Below, piece by piece: positions 9,977 to 19,594 of a stretch of 64,000 nt of DNA. Made by a program: the position numbers and the translations under genes. The notes below the pieces were generated by a model that did not search any database, was not told where the DNA came from, and saw only the letters and a program-made list of their open reading frames with translations. Every line of letters begins with the position of its first letter. The stretch's first letter is position 1. The DNA is from an uncultured delta proteobacterium (GTDB taxonomy: Bacteria > Myxococcota_A > UBA9160 > SMWR01): assembly GCA_963832165.1 (NCBI GenBank), contig CAWHTE010000001.1:544001-608000 (forward strand), given 5' to 3'.

Positions 9977-10648
9977 ATGGACCGAATGAACGCGAGGACT
10001 CTGCGGCTCGAGGCATTCACGGTCTTCTTTCTCTCGCTCGCGCTCGCCGTTGCGCTGCCCGCGGCGCGGGCGTTCGCCCAGGACGTCGCGCGCGGCGAGG
10101 AGCTGTACCAGCTCTGCCAGCAGTGCCATTTGGAGAACGGCAGCGGCAATCCCGTGGCCCTCGCGCCTGCGATCGCCGGGATGCCCGCGTGGTTCGTGAC
10201 GGGGCAGCTGCAGAAGTTCCGCAGCGGCGGACGCGGCACGCACTTCGACGACATCTCCGGGATGCGGATGCGGCCGATGTCGATGTGGCTGCGCAGCGAC
10301 GAGGACGTCGCGAATGTCGCCGCCTACGTCGCATCGCTGCCGAAGGTGCACCCCGCGCCGACCTTGAAGGGTGGGGACGCCGCGGTCGGCAAGGAGAAGT
10401 ATTCGCTCTGCGCGACCTGTCACGGCGTGAACGGCGAGGGCAATCAGGCGCTCAATGGATCACCGCTTGCAGGCACGAGCGACTGGTATCAGCTCACCTC
10501 GCTACAGAAGTTCAAGGCGGGCGTGCGCGGTGGTCCCAAGGACCCGACCGGCGCGTTGATGAGGGGCATGGCGACCAGCCAAATCCCCGACGAGCAGACG
10601 ATGCTCGATCTGATCGCCTACATCAGCACACTCACCCCGACGAACTGA
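9977..10648 (+). CDS. Di-heme cytochrome c4/c553
   Basis: Signal peptide, CQQCH and CATCH, PAIAG/PLAG...QL.KF repeats; start 9977 or 9986. Confidence 0.88.
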   Translation: MDRMNARTLRLEAFTVFFLSLALAVALPAARAFAQDVARGEELYQLCQQCHLENGSGNPVALAPAIAGMPAWFVTGQLQKFRSGGRGTHFDDISGMRMRPMSMWLRSDEDVANVAAYVASLPKVHPAPTLKGGDAAVGKEKYSLCATCHGVNGEGNQALNGSPLAGTSDWYQLTSLQKFKAGVRGGPKDPTGALMRGMATSQIPDEQTMLDLIAYISTLTPTN

Positions 10649-10660
10649 GGAGCGCGTCCC

Positions 10661-10765
10661 ATGGGCAAAGCCTACGAACCCGATGAGCTCGCCACCCGGA
10701 CCTTCGTGGTGAGCATCGCCGGCATCGCGGCCTTCATCGCCGTGGTGTTCTTCTTCGTCCTGTAA
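10661..10765 (+). CDS. 34-aa single-TM small protein (MGKAYEPDELATRTFVVSIAGIAAFIAVVFFFVL)
   Basis: GAGGAG RBS, GC3-rich codons, fills the gap between cytochrome c and coxB; TAA abuts the coxB RBS. Confidence 0.7.
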   Translation: MGKAYEPDELATRTFVVSIAGIAAFIAVVFFFVL

Positions 10766-10776
10766 GGAGGCACACG

Positions 10777-11463
10777 GTGATCGAGCGCTACCTCATCCAG
10801 GCGTCCACCTACGCCAGCGACATCGACGGCCTGATCATCCTGATCGGATGGATCGTGGGCGTCTGGTTCCTGATCGCCGAGGGCGTGTTCTTCTATCTGA
10901 TCTTCCGCTACCGCCATCGCGATGGGCGCAACGGCGAGTACATCACGGGTGAGGAGAAGCACCAGAAGCGCTGGATCACGATCCCGCACGCGCTGGTGCT
11001 CGTGTGCGACATCTTCATCATCGTCGGCGCCGTGCGCGTCTGGTACGACATCAAGCAGAACCTCCCGCCCGCGGACGCCACGGTGCGGATCGTCTCGCAG
11101 CAGTGGGCGTGGAGCTTCGTCCAGCCCGGCCCCGACGGGCAGCTCGACACGGCCGACGACATCAAGACGGTGGACGACCTGCACGTCGAGGTGGGCAAGA
11201 CCTACCACTACCAGCTCGAGTCGCGCGACGTGCTGCACGACTTCTCGGTGCCGGTATTCCGGCTCAAGCAGGACGCGATTCCGGGCCGCGTGATCACGGG
11301 CTGGTGGAAGGCCACCAGGACCGGGTCGTACGACATCCAGTGCGCGGAGATCTGCGGCATCGGCCACGGGTTGATGGCCGGGCGGATTCACGTCGAGTCG
11401 CCCGAGGAGCACGCGGCCTGGATGCAGGCGAACGCGCCCGCGACTTCGCTGGCGGCTCGCTGA
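10777..11463 (+). CDS. coxB: Cytochrome c oxidase subunit II
   Basis: Two TM helices, QQWAW, DVLHDF, CuA motif CAEICGIGHGLM; AGGAGG RBS. Confidence 0.95.
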   Translation: MIERYLIQASTYASDIDGLIILIGWIVGVWFLIAEGVFFYLIFRYRHRDGRNGEYITGEEKHQKRWITIPHALVLVCDIFIIVGAVRVWYDIKQNLPPADATVRIVSQQWAWSFVQPGPDGQLDTADDIKTVDDLHVEVGKTYHYQLESRDVLHDFSVPVFRLKQDAIPGRVITGWWKATRTGSYDIQCAEICGIGHGLMAGRIHVESPEEHAAWMQANAPATSLAAR

Positions 11464-11486
11464 GCGCATTCCGGGAGAGGTGAAGC

Positions 11487-13207
11487 ATGGCTGAGAAGAT
11501 CGCCGGGGCTCACGGGCACGATCACGCGCACGACGAGCACGGGCACCACGTCGAGACGTTCTGGAGCAAGTACGTCTTCTCCACCGATCACAAGATGATC
11601 GCCATGCAGTACATGTTCACGGGCATGTTCATGGCGCTGATCGGCGGGTTCTTCGCCTACACGTTCAGCATGCAGATGGCGTTCCCGGGCGAGTCGGTGC
11701 CGATCTGGGGCGGCATCGTCACCCCGGCGCAGTACAACGCGCTGATCACCAACCACGGCGCGATCATGATCTTCTGGGTCGCGATGCCGGTGCTGATCGC
11801 GGCGTTCGGGAACTTCCTGATCCCGCTGATGATCGGCTGCGACGACATGGTGTTCCCGAAGATCAACCGGCTCAGCTACCAGATCTTCCTGCTCTCGCGT
11901 GCTCGTGCTGCTCGCTTCGTTCTTCGTCGAGAACGGCGGCTTCGGCGGGCGCCTGGACGGTCTATCCGCCGCTGTCGGCGAAGGCCGAGTACAGCCTGAC
12001 GCCGCTCGGCTCGTCGCTCTTCGTCCTCGCGGTCGCGCTCGAGTTCGTCGCGTTCCTGCTCGGCGGCATCAACTTCGTCACCACCGCGATGAACTCGCGC
12101 GCGCCGGGCATGAAGCTCTACGACATCCCGATCGTGGTCTGGATGATCGTGATCGCGAGCATCCTGTTCATGGCCTCGGTCGGCCCGCTGATCGCGGGCG
12201 CGATCATGCTGTTCATGGACCAGAACCTCGGCACCGCACTTCTTCGATCCCAACGCGCGGCGGCGACCCGATCCTCTGGCAGCACCTGTTCTGGTTCTTC
12301 GGGCACCCCGAGGTGTACGTGGTGCTGCTGCCCGCGATCGGCATCACGGCCGACGTGATGTGCGTGTTCGCGCGCAAGAAGCTGTTCGCGTACCGCACCG
12401 TGCTGTACACGACGTTCGCGACCGGCGTGCTCTCGCTTCACCGTGTGGGCGCACCACCAGTTCATCGCGGGCATCGACCCGCGCATGGCGCACATCTTCA
12501 CGATCACGACGCTGTTGATCTCGATCCCGATCGCGGAGATGATGTTCGTGTTCATCGCCACGCTGTACGGCGGCGACATCCGCCTCACCACGCCGATGCT
12601 CTGGGCGCTCTCGTTCATCGCCGAGTTCCTGATCGGCGGCGTCACCGGCATCTTCCTGGGCGCGAGCGGCGCGGACATCTACTTCCACGACACCTACTTC
12701 GTGCTCGCCCACTTCCACTACACGTTCTTCCCGATCGCGATCATCGGTGTCTACGCGGGCGTGACGTTCTGGTACCCGAAGATGTTCGGGCGGATGATGA
12801 GCGACACGCTCGGGAAGATTCACTTCTGGGTCACGATCATCCCGTTCAACTGCATCTTCATCCCGCTGTTCTTCACTGGGCCTCGCCGGGCAGCACCGCC
12901 GCATCTACGACTTCCGCAACTTCCCGGAGCTCGCGCAGTACCAGCCCGTGCGCGTGTTCGCGACGGCGATGCTGATCATCATGCTGGTCTCCCAGCTCGA
13001 TCTTCATCTTCAACTTCTTCTGGAGCCTGCGCCGCGGGAAGGAGGCTGGGCCGCAACCCCTGGAAGTCGAACACGCTCGAGTGGACGACCGAATCGCCGC
13101 CCGGCCACGGCAACTGGAAGACGCTGCCGACGGTGTACCGCGGCCCCTACGAGTACAGCGTGCCGGGTCGCAAGGAAGACTTCTGGCCCCAGAACGTTCC
13201 CAACTAG
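11487..13207 (+). CDS. coxA: Heme-copper oxidase subunit I (A-family-like; split by about 7 apparent sequencing frameshifts)
   Basis: STDHK, NHG, DMVFP, WFFGHPEVY, WAHH, HDTYFVLAHFHY, RR and NPW motifs across successive frames. Confidence 0.93.
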
Positions 13208-13229
13208 GCGCAGACGCCTTGGAGCGCGC

Positions 13230-13801
<572 letters not shown>

Positions 13802-13818
13802 GAGAGCGTGCAGTCACC

Positions 13819-14167
13819 ATGTCCGAACACGCCGCAAGCCGCTCACGAGCATCCGAACTACATCAAGATCTGGGGCATCCTGCTCGTGCTGCTCTGCGTC
13901 AGCGTCGCGGGCCCGTTCCTCGAGATCAAGGTCGTCACGCTGATCACGGCGTTCGGCATCGCGATCGTGAAGGCGTACATGGTCGCGAAGAACTTCATGC
14001 ACCTGAACATCGAGCGGCAGTACGTCATCTACCTGATCATGACCATGCTCGTGTTCGTGCTGCTGTTCTTCGCGGGCACCGCCCCCGACGTGATGAAGTG
14101 GGACGGCGACAACTGGGTCAAGCCCAAGGTGGAGCAGGCTTCGTCGCACGCCGTCCACCACGAGTAG
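13819..14167 (+). CDS. Cytochrome c oxidase subunit IV (caa3/CtaF-like); frameshift near start
   Basis: YIKIWGILLVL, KAYMVAKNFMHL motif; three TM helices. Confidence 0.8.
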
Positions 14168-14180
14168 AGGCCGCCCCCCA

Positions 14181-14774
14181 TTGGCCCGCTCGACCGCCTC
14201 CCTCCGCGTGATCACCGATCCGCGGCCCCCGCCGGCACTGCCGAGCGCGGTGCTCGGAATGCTGATCTTCGTCAGCACCGAGGTGATGCTGTTCGCGGGG
14301 CTGATCAGCGCGTTCCTGATCCTGCGCGCGAGCCCGGTCGGCGGCGTGTGGCCTCCGCCGGGCCAGCCGCGCCTCCCGCTCGAAGAGACCGCGATCAATA
14401 CGCTCGCGCTGATCGCGAGCGGATTCATGCTCTGGCGCGCGCGCCGCGCGTTCGCCGAATCGCACGCGCGCGCGCAGCGCCCGCTCGCGATCGCGATGGC
14501 CCTCGGCGCGTTCTTCGTGCTGTTCCAGGGCTACGAGTGGGTGATGATGATCGGGCAGGGCCTCACCCTGCAGTCGAGCAATCACGGCAGCTTCTTCTAC
14601 CTGATCGTGGGCCTGCACGCCGCGCACGCGGTGGCCGGGCTCACCATGCTCTCGTGGGCGTGGTGGCGGCTGCGCGGCGGATTCCTCGCCAGCAGCACCT
14701 TCGGCGCAGCGCAGGTGTTCTGGTTCTTCGTCGTCGGGCTCTGGCCGATCCTCTACGCTCTCGTCTACACGTGA
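14181..14774 (+). CDS. Second subunit III-like protein
   Basis: LGMLIFVSTEVMLFAGLISA, QGYEW, GLHAAH, FWFFVVGLW. Confidence 0.85.
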   Translation: MARSTASLRVITDPRPPPALPSAVLGMLIFVSTEVMLFAGLISAFLILRASPVGGVWPPPGQPRLPLEETAINTLALIASGFMLWRARRAFAESHARAQRPLAIAMALGAFFVLFQGYEWVMMIGQGLTLQSSNHGSFFYLIVGLHAAHAVAGLTMLSWAWWRLRGGFLASSTFGAAQVFWFFVVGLWPILYALVYT

Positions 14775-15043
14775 GTCGATTCGCGCTCTCGATCGCTCTG
14801 CTCTGGTGCGCCGCGGCGCTGCCCGAGGCCGCAGCCGCGTGTTCGGTCTGCTACGCGGGAGCCGAAGAGAGCCGCAAGGCGTTCTTGTTCACCACCGTGC
14901 TGCTCTCCTTGTTGCCGATCGGCATGTTCGGGGCGCTCGGTTGGTGGGTCTGGCGATACGTGCGCGAGGTCGAAGCCGCCTCTGCGCAGCCGACGACTGC
15001 ACCGATCCCGGGCGAGCGCACGAGCTCCACCTCGAGCTCCTGA
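14771..15043 (+). CDS. Small exported/membrane CxxC protein at end of the cox operon
   Basis: GTGA coupling, signal peptide, ACSVCY immediately after cleavage site, one TM helix. Confidence 0.65.
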   Translation: MSRFALSIALLWCAAALPEAAAACSVCYAGAEESRKAFLFTTVLLSLLPIGMFGALGWWVWRYVREVEAASAQPTTAPIPGERTSSTSSS

Positions 15044-15115
15044 ACCCGCGTTCCAGACGGTTGAGCGCGGCCGCGTCCCTCGGGGAGACGGGTCGTTTCT
15101 ATCTCTATCCATCTG

Positions 15116-15128
15116 TTCTGATTCAGAA
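15116..15128. promoter_or_regulatory. Palindrome TTCTGA-T-TCAGAA upstream of XRE gene
   Basis: Perfect inverted repeat in AT-rich intergenic DNA. Confidence 0.35.
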
Positions 15129-15238
15129 AATCTCTCTACCAGAACCGTGGGTCCTGTGGGTCATTCAACCCGATCGGGTGCCCGGGGCTCTGCGGCGCTA
15201 CCATGCGGACGCGCGCGCCGCAACGAGCCTGCGAAGTC

Positions 15239-15483
15239 ATGAACCGGATCCGAGCCGCCCGACAAGCACTGGGGTGGACCCAGAACGATCTCGCCGACAA
15301 GGCCGCCGTGTCCGCGCGGACGATCCACGCCATCGAGAAGGGTCGGCCCTGTCGTCAGGCGACCAAGCGCAAGATCCTGCGCACGCTCGGCGTTCCGTGG
15401 GAGCTCCGCACCGAGTACTTCCCGGGCGTGCGCAAGGTTCGAGCGGTCGTGCATCGAGCACGAAGAGCGTGCGCTCGGCGTAG
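15239..15483 (+). CDS. XRE-family helix-turn-helix regulator (3' end uncertain)
   Basis: RIRAARQALGWTQNDLADKAAVSARTIHAIEKG; frame runs to 15607, an alternative-frame stop at 15483 suggests a frameshift. Confidence 0.75.
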
Positions 15484-15516
15484 CGACTCGCGGTCCGCTC
15501 GGCGAGTCTCTTTGCC

Positions 15517-16459
15517 GTGCTGCTGCTCCCGAGCTCTTCGCTCCCGCTCCGCTGCGCCGCCTGGCTCGCGGCGCTCGTGTTCGCGGGCGCGGCGCACGGT
15601 GTCGTGATCGATTCGGGGAACGGGACCGGCAACACGACGGCGCCCGCCGACGACTTCGGGTTCGAGAACGTCGGCGTCACCGATACCGGGCTCAGCGGCG
15701 TCTATCTCGGCGACGGCTGGGTGCTCACCGCGAACCACGTCGGCGCGCGCCCGATCACACTTCTCGGTGTGACCTATCAGGTCGTGATCGGATCGGGCGT
15801 CCAGCTCGCGGATCCGAGCAATCCGACCAACCCGCCGCCCGATCTCTACGTCTATCGGATCAACGGCTATCCGCTGTTGCCCGCGATCGTTCTGTCGAGC
15901 GCTACGCCGGCGATCGGGGAAGTCGTCAGCTGCCTCGGCTACGGCTGGACGCGCGAGGCCACGCAGACCACCTGGAGCGCCACCTGGCAGGAATCGCCGC
16001 CGTCGCCGCTCGTGGTGTACCGCGGCTACAAGTCGATCTTCAATGCGACCCGGCGTTGGGGTACGAACGCCGTGACCGCGGTCGGCGGCGACGTGTTGGA
16101 TACGCGCTCGATCGAGCTGAGCTTCGACCAATTCGGCGGCACCACGCACGAATCGCAGGCGGTGGTAGGCGACTCGGGCGGAGGCTGCTTCGCGAAGCGC
16201 GGTTCGACCTGGGAGCTCGTCGGCATGATGTTCGCGAACCTGACGTACGGAGACGGTCCCGGGCCTCAACCCGATCAGCCCCGCAACACCGCCGTGTTCG
16301 GGAACGCGGCGGTCCTCGCCGACATCGCGTACTACCGCCACGCAGATCGACGCGCTCACGCCGCGCGCCCGGGGCGATCCCCGCGCTGCCCGCGGCCGGC
16401 GCCGCCGCACTCGCGGCGCTGATCGCGCTCGCCGCGCGCAGCGAGCGCTGCGGCGCTGA
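15517..16459 (+). CDS. Secreted trypsin-like serine protease with probable IPTL-CTERM-like anchor (frameshifted C-terminus)
   Basis: WVLTANHV and GDSGG motifs; IPALPAAGAAALAALIALAA and a short basic end in shifted frames. Confidence 0.75.
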
Positions 16460-16499
16460 CGCCGCGCGCACGCGCCGGCTATCCTCGCCCGTCCTCGAC

Positions 16500-16576
16500 G
16501 CGCCGGTAGCTCAGCTGGATAGAGCATCAGGCTTCGAACCTGAGGGTCGGGGGTTCGAGTCCCTCCCGGCGCGCCA
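16500..16576 (+). tRNA. tRNA-Arg (TCG)
   Basis: GCGCCGG acceptor stem, TCAGG-CTTCGAA-CCTGA anticodon arm, GGTTCGAGTC, CCA. Confidence 0.96.
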
Positions 16577-17043
16577 GTCCACGCGAGCAACGAATCGTTC
16601 CGACCTTCGAGGGTCGGGGGTTGCTCAGCTCGGCTTCGCCTCGCTGGCGTCTCGGGCCGCTGCGCGGCCCGAGTGCGAGTCCCTCCCGGCGCGCACGCGA
16701 GCAACGAATCGTTCCGACCTTCGAGGGTCGGGGGTTGCTCAGCTCGGCTTCGCCTCGCTGGCGTCTCGGGCCGCTGCGCGGCCCGAGTGCGAGTCCCTCC
16801 CGGCGCGCCAGTCCACGCGAGCAACGAATCGTTCCGACCTTCGAGGGTCGGGGGTTGCTCAGCTCGGCTTCGCCTCGCTGGCGTCTCGGGCCGCTGCGCG
16901 GCCCGAGTGCGAGTCCCTCCCGGCGCGCACGCGAGCAACGAATCGTTCCGACCTTCGAGGGTCGGGGGTTGCTCAGCTCGGCTTCGCCTCGCTGGTGTCT
17001 CGGGCCGCTGCGCGGCCCGAGTGCGAGTCCCTCCCGGCGCGCC
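16577..17043 (+). repeat. tRNA-linked tandem repeat: 4 units with alternating 120/114-bp period, each ending in the tRNA 3' end
   Basis: CGAGTCCCTCCCGGCGCGC at 16556 (tRNA), 16676, 16790, 16910, 17024; units identical apart from a 6-nt indel and C>T at 16996. Confidence 0.95.
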
Positions 17044-17114
17044 GGCGATTCCCGGTAGCCACCCCCGATTCTGGTCAGCCCAGAGCGATCAGTGGACCGA
17101 GAAATGCCAGCAGG

Positions 17115-17570
17115 TCATAGGGGGCTCGGCCCCACTCGCGCTCCCGCACGCCGGGTTCGGCCCTTCACGGATATGTGCTTCGTCCACGGCGCTGGCGACT
17201 TTCCGAGGCGGTAGCTGTCGAGCAGGTCGAGAGCGTCGCAGATGCCGGAGCGGTTGTTCGGGTTCACGCGGAGCGTGTTGTGGTCTGTTCGTTGGATCTC
17301 GTTTTGCGACATGGGACAGCACACGACGGCTCCGAGGTCCGGATGGCGACGGCGCAGCTTGCGCCATTGCGGATTGCGACGCGCTTCGAGCAGGCCGGAG
17401 TTGATCACGAGGATCGAAGCTCCGCCATTTTCCGCGCAGACTCGCTCGGCCTCCGCGGTGTCCGCGACGGAGCAGACACTGCGCCCAGTCTTCTCGAGCG
17501 CGCGCTCGACACAGTGCCGCTCATAGGACGATGCGCTCGCGATCAAAATCACCGGAACGCCAGAAACCAT
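17115..17570 (-). CDS. Degenerate receiver-domain-like protein
   Basis: VILIASASSYERHCVERALEKTGRSVCSVADTAEA follows the REC beta-alpha pattern; GAGG RBS; acidic pocket absent. Confidence 0.5.
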   Translation of the reverse strand: MVSGVPVILIASASSYERHCVERALEKTGRSVCSVADTAEAERVCAENGGASILVINSGLLEARRNPQWRKLRRRHPDLGAVVCCPMSQNEIQRTDHNTLRVNPNNRSGICDALDLLDSYRLGKSPAPWTKHISVKGRTRRAGARVGPSPL

Positions 17571-18214
17571 GACGCCCCTCCCCCCGGCCGATGCCCTGTT
17601 CCAGGCAAGGACCAATTAGTTAGTGTGACGAAGTAACTCGATCCACGGTATCCCCGGAACCCGGTAGTCGCGTTCCAGGATTAGGTAGGTCGGCCACACG
17701 ATGGTCGCCGCAGCATCCGGAGAGCTGCCGGGAGCGCGCGCCACGCTCTACGACATCGTGCCGTCACGACAACTCTGCTTTCGCCGGTTCCGCGAGCTTC
17801 GCGTCGCCGATCGCCCGCGGCTGCGCGCCGCCTGAGCTCGCAGCTCGCGTCGGCTCCACGTTCGGGCATGCCCCAGCATGTTGATAGTGAACTACCCGGA
17901 CGCGGGGATGACCGGTGGTCGTTCCCGAGCGCATGATAATCGAGGTCTCTCTCTCTCCTCTGGCGCCTCGCGATCCCGGTTGGGGATCTCATGCGATCGC
18001 CTAGCACGGTGGTTGGCGCAAAGAACCGACGCGGACTCCGAATCAGGCGGTACAGCTTCCCGCCGCGTAGCCCGCGTTCGAGGGCAGGGGAGCGGCCCGA
18101 ACGTGGCCGCTCCCCTGCAACGCGTGGCGCGCTGCGCTCGGCCTCGAGCCGAATCCACTCTTCGGCACATATTCCTGCGAGAACGCGCAAGGGGGGTTTG
18201 ACCCCTCCGACGCG

Positions 18215-18913
18215 TCAAAATTGGAATCCCACGCCTCCGAGGGCGTGATGAGTCGAGATGTCGGATTCGATCTCGATCGGGTCATCGTCGAACTTCGGCT
18301 CGTAGTAGGTGAACCGGTACTCCGCGAAGATCGAGAACGACGGAGTCAGGTGGACGCGGAGGCCGGCCCGAGTGTCGAGCCCGATGTCGTAGCTGGTGTC
18401 GTCGACTTCCTCTTCGCTCCCGTCGACCCGGACCGTGAACGCATCATGGACCCAGCTCACGAAGAGTCCTGGCCCCACACCGATGTAGGGCTGTACTCCG
18501 ATCTGTGGATCCAATGGGATCACCAGGAGCTTGGTGCGCGCCATCAGCATCATGGAGATCGGGAACAGATCGACCTCGACGTCGTCGCGCGTTCGAATCT
18601 CCAGTCCACCGATCGTGTGGACCACCCCGGACGAAGGGCCGTTCAGTCGGAGATAGGAGAAGTCCGAAGCGAGCCCGAGCCATGGCAGGTCGGGGAACCA
18701 GAGGCCCCCGCGGATGCCGATTTCGGCCGAAGGATCGAAGTCGATGTCGTCGTGCAGCGATGATCCGCCGATCCTCGTCGCGAGCTCGCTGCTGCTCGTA
18801 AAGGAAGCGCCACCGTACACGTCGAGAAAGCCCTGGGCCTTCCCGCTTCCCGGAGCCGCCAACGACAGCGCGATCACTGCCCATGCGGCGAATGCCCGCC
18901 TGCCTCGATTCAT
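18215..18913 (-). CDS. Outer-membrane beta-barrel protein (OmpA/porin-like)
   Basis: Signal peptide, QPYIGVGPG, FAEYRF, C-terminal GGVGFQF. Confidence 0.85.
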   Translation of the reverse strand: MNRGRRAFAAWAVIALSLAAPGSGKAQGFLDVYGGASFTSSSELATRIGGSSLHDDIDFDPSAEIGIRGGLWFPDLPWLGLASDFSYLRLNGPSSGVVHTIGGLEIRTRDDVEVDLFPISMMLMARTKLLVIPLDPQIGVQPYIGVGPGLFVSWVHDAFTVRVDGSEEEVDDTSYDIGLDTRAGLRVHLTPSFSIFAEYRFTYYEPKFDDDPIEIESDISTHHALGGVGFQF

Positions 18914-18996
18914 CGATACCCCCACGGCCGGTCGCCGAGATGATCGTGCGCTTTTGCCTCGCCGGCACCGCCAAACCGAGCCACAATGCCGCGGTC

Positions 18997-19578
18997 GTGA
19001 AACGATCGCGGATCGCACTCGCTCTTGCGCTCTTGGTCGCGCTCGCGGTGTCCGGCGGCGCCCGCGCCGCGAACGTGGAAGGCGTAGCGCTCGATGACGC
19101 GATCGAGGTCGCCGGGGTCCCGCTGGTCCTGAACGGCGCGGGCCTGCGCTCGAAATTCTTGGTCTCGGGCTACGTGATCGGCCTCTACCTTCCCTCGCGC
19201 ACCACGAGCGCCGAGGCCGTGCTCGATGGGCAGGTGCGGCGTCGCGTGCGCCTCGTGCTGAAGCGCGGCTTCGGCGCGGACATGATGTGGTCGTTCTTCG
19301 AGGACGGGATCCGCCGGAATGCCACGCCGGCCGAGCTCGCGTTGATGGAGAAGCGGCTCTGGGAGGTGGAGCGGGCGTTCCGCGAGATCGGCGAGGTTCA
19401 TAAAGGCGATGTCGTCGACATCGACATGGCCGCAGACGGAAGCGGCGAGGTCCGCTATCGCGGTCAGCTGAAGGGGTCGTTCAGCGGCGCCGACCTCTCG
19501 CGCGTACTGCTCAAGATCTGGCTCGGCGAGAATCCGGTGCAGAGCGATCTCAAAGAAGCGCTGCTGCGCGGACGCTGA
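18997..19578 (+). CDS. Chalcone isomerase-like periplasmic protein
   Basis: LVLNGAGLRSKF, YVIGLYL, IWLGENPVQSDLKEALL motifs; signal peptide. Confidence 0.85.
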   Translation: MKRSRIALALALLVALAVSGGARAANVEGVALDDAIEVAGVPLVLNGAGLRSKFLVSGYVIGLYLPSRTTSAEAVLDGQVRRRVRLVLKRGFGADMMWSFFEDGIRRNATPAELALMEKRLWEVERAFREIGEVHKGDVVDIDMAADGSGEVRYRGQLKGSFSGADLSRVLLKIWLGENPVQSDLKEALLRGR

Positions 19579-19594
19579 CGAGCGCCGCGAACCG

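Noticed and set aside
12295..12320. Calling the oxidase a nitric oxide reductase
   Set aside because: The HPEVY cross-link Tyr, a CuA subunit II and D-channel residues are retained; nothing seen directly supports NOR.
16556..17043. CRISPR array (19-nt repeat, five copies)
   Set aside because: The intervening sequences are near-identical and about 100 nt long, the repeat is the tRNA 3' end, and no cas genes are present.
15355..17404. Long repetitive ORFs crossing the tRNA and its array
   Set aside because: Unit lengths of 114 and 120 are multiples of 3 and GC-rich, so frames stay open; they overlap a tRNA.
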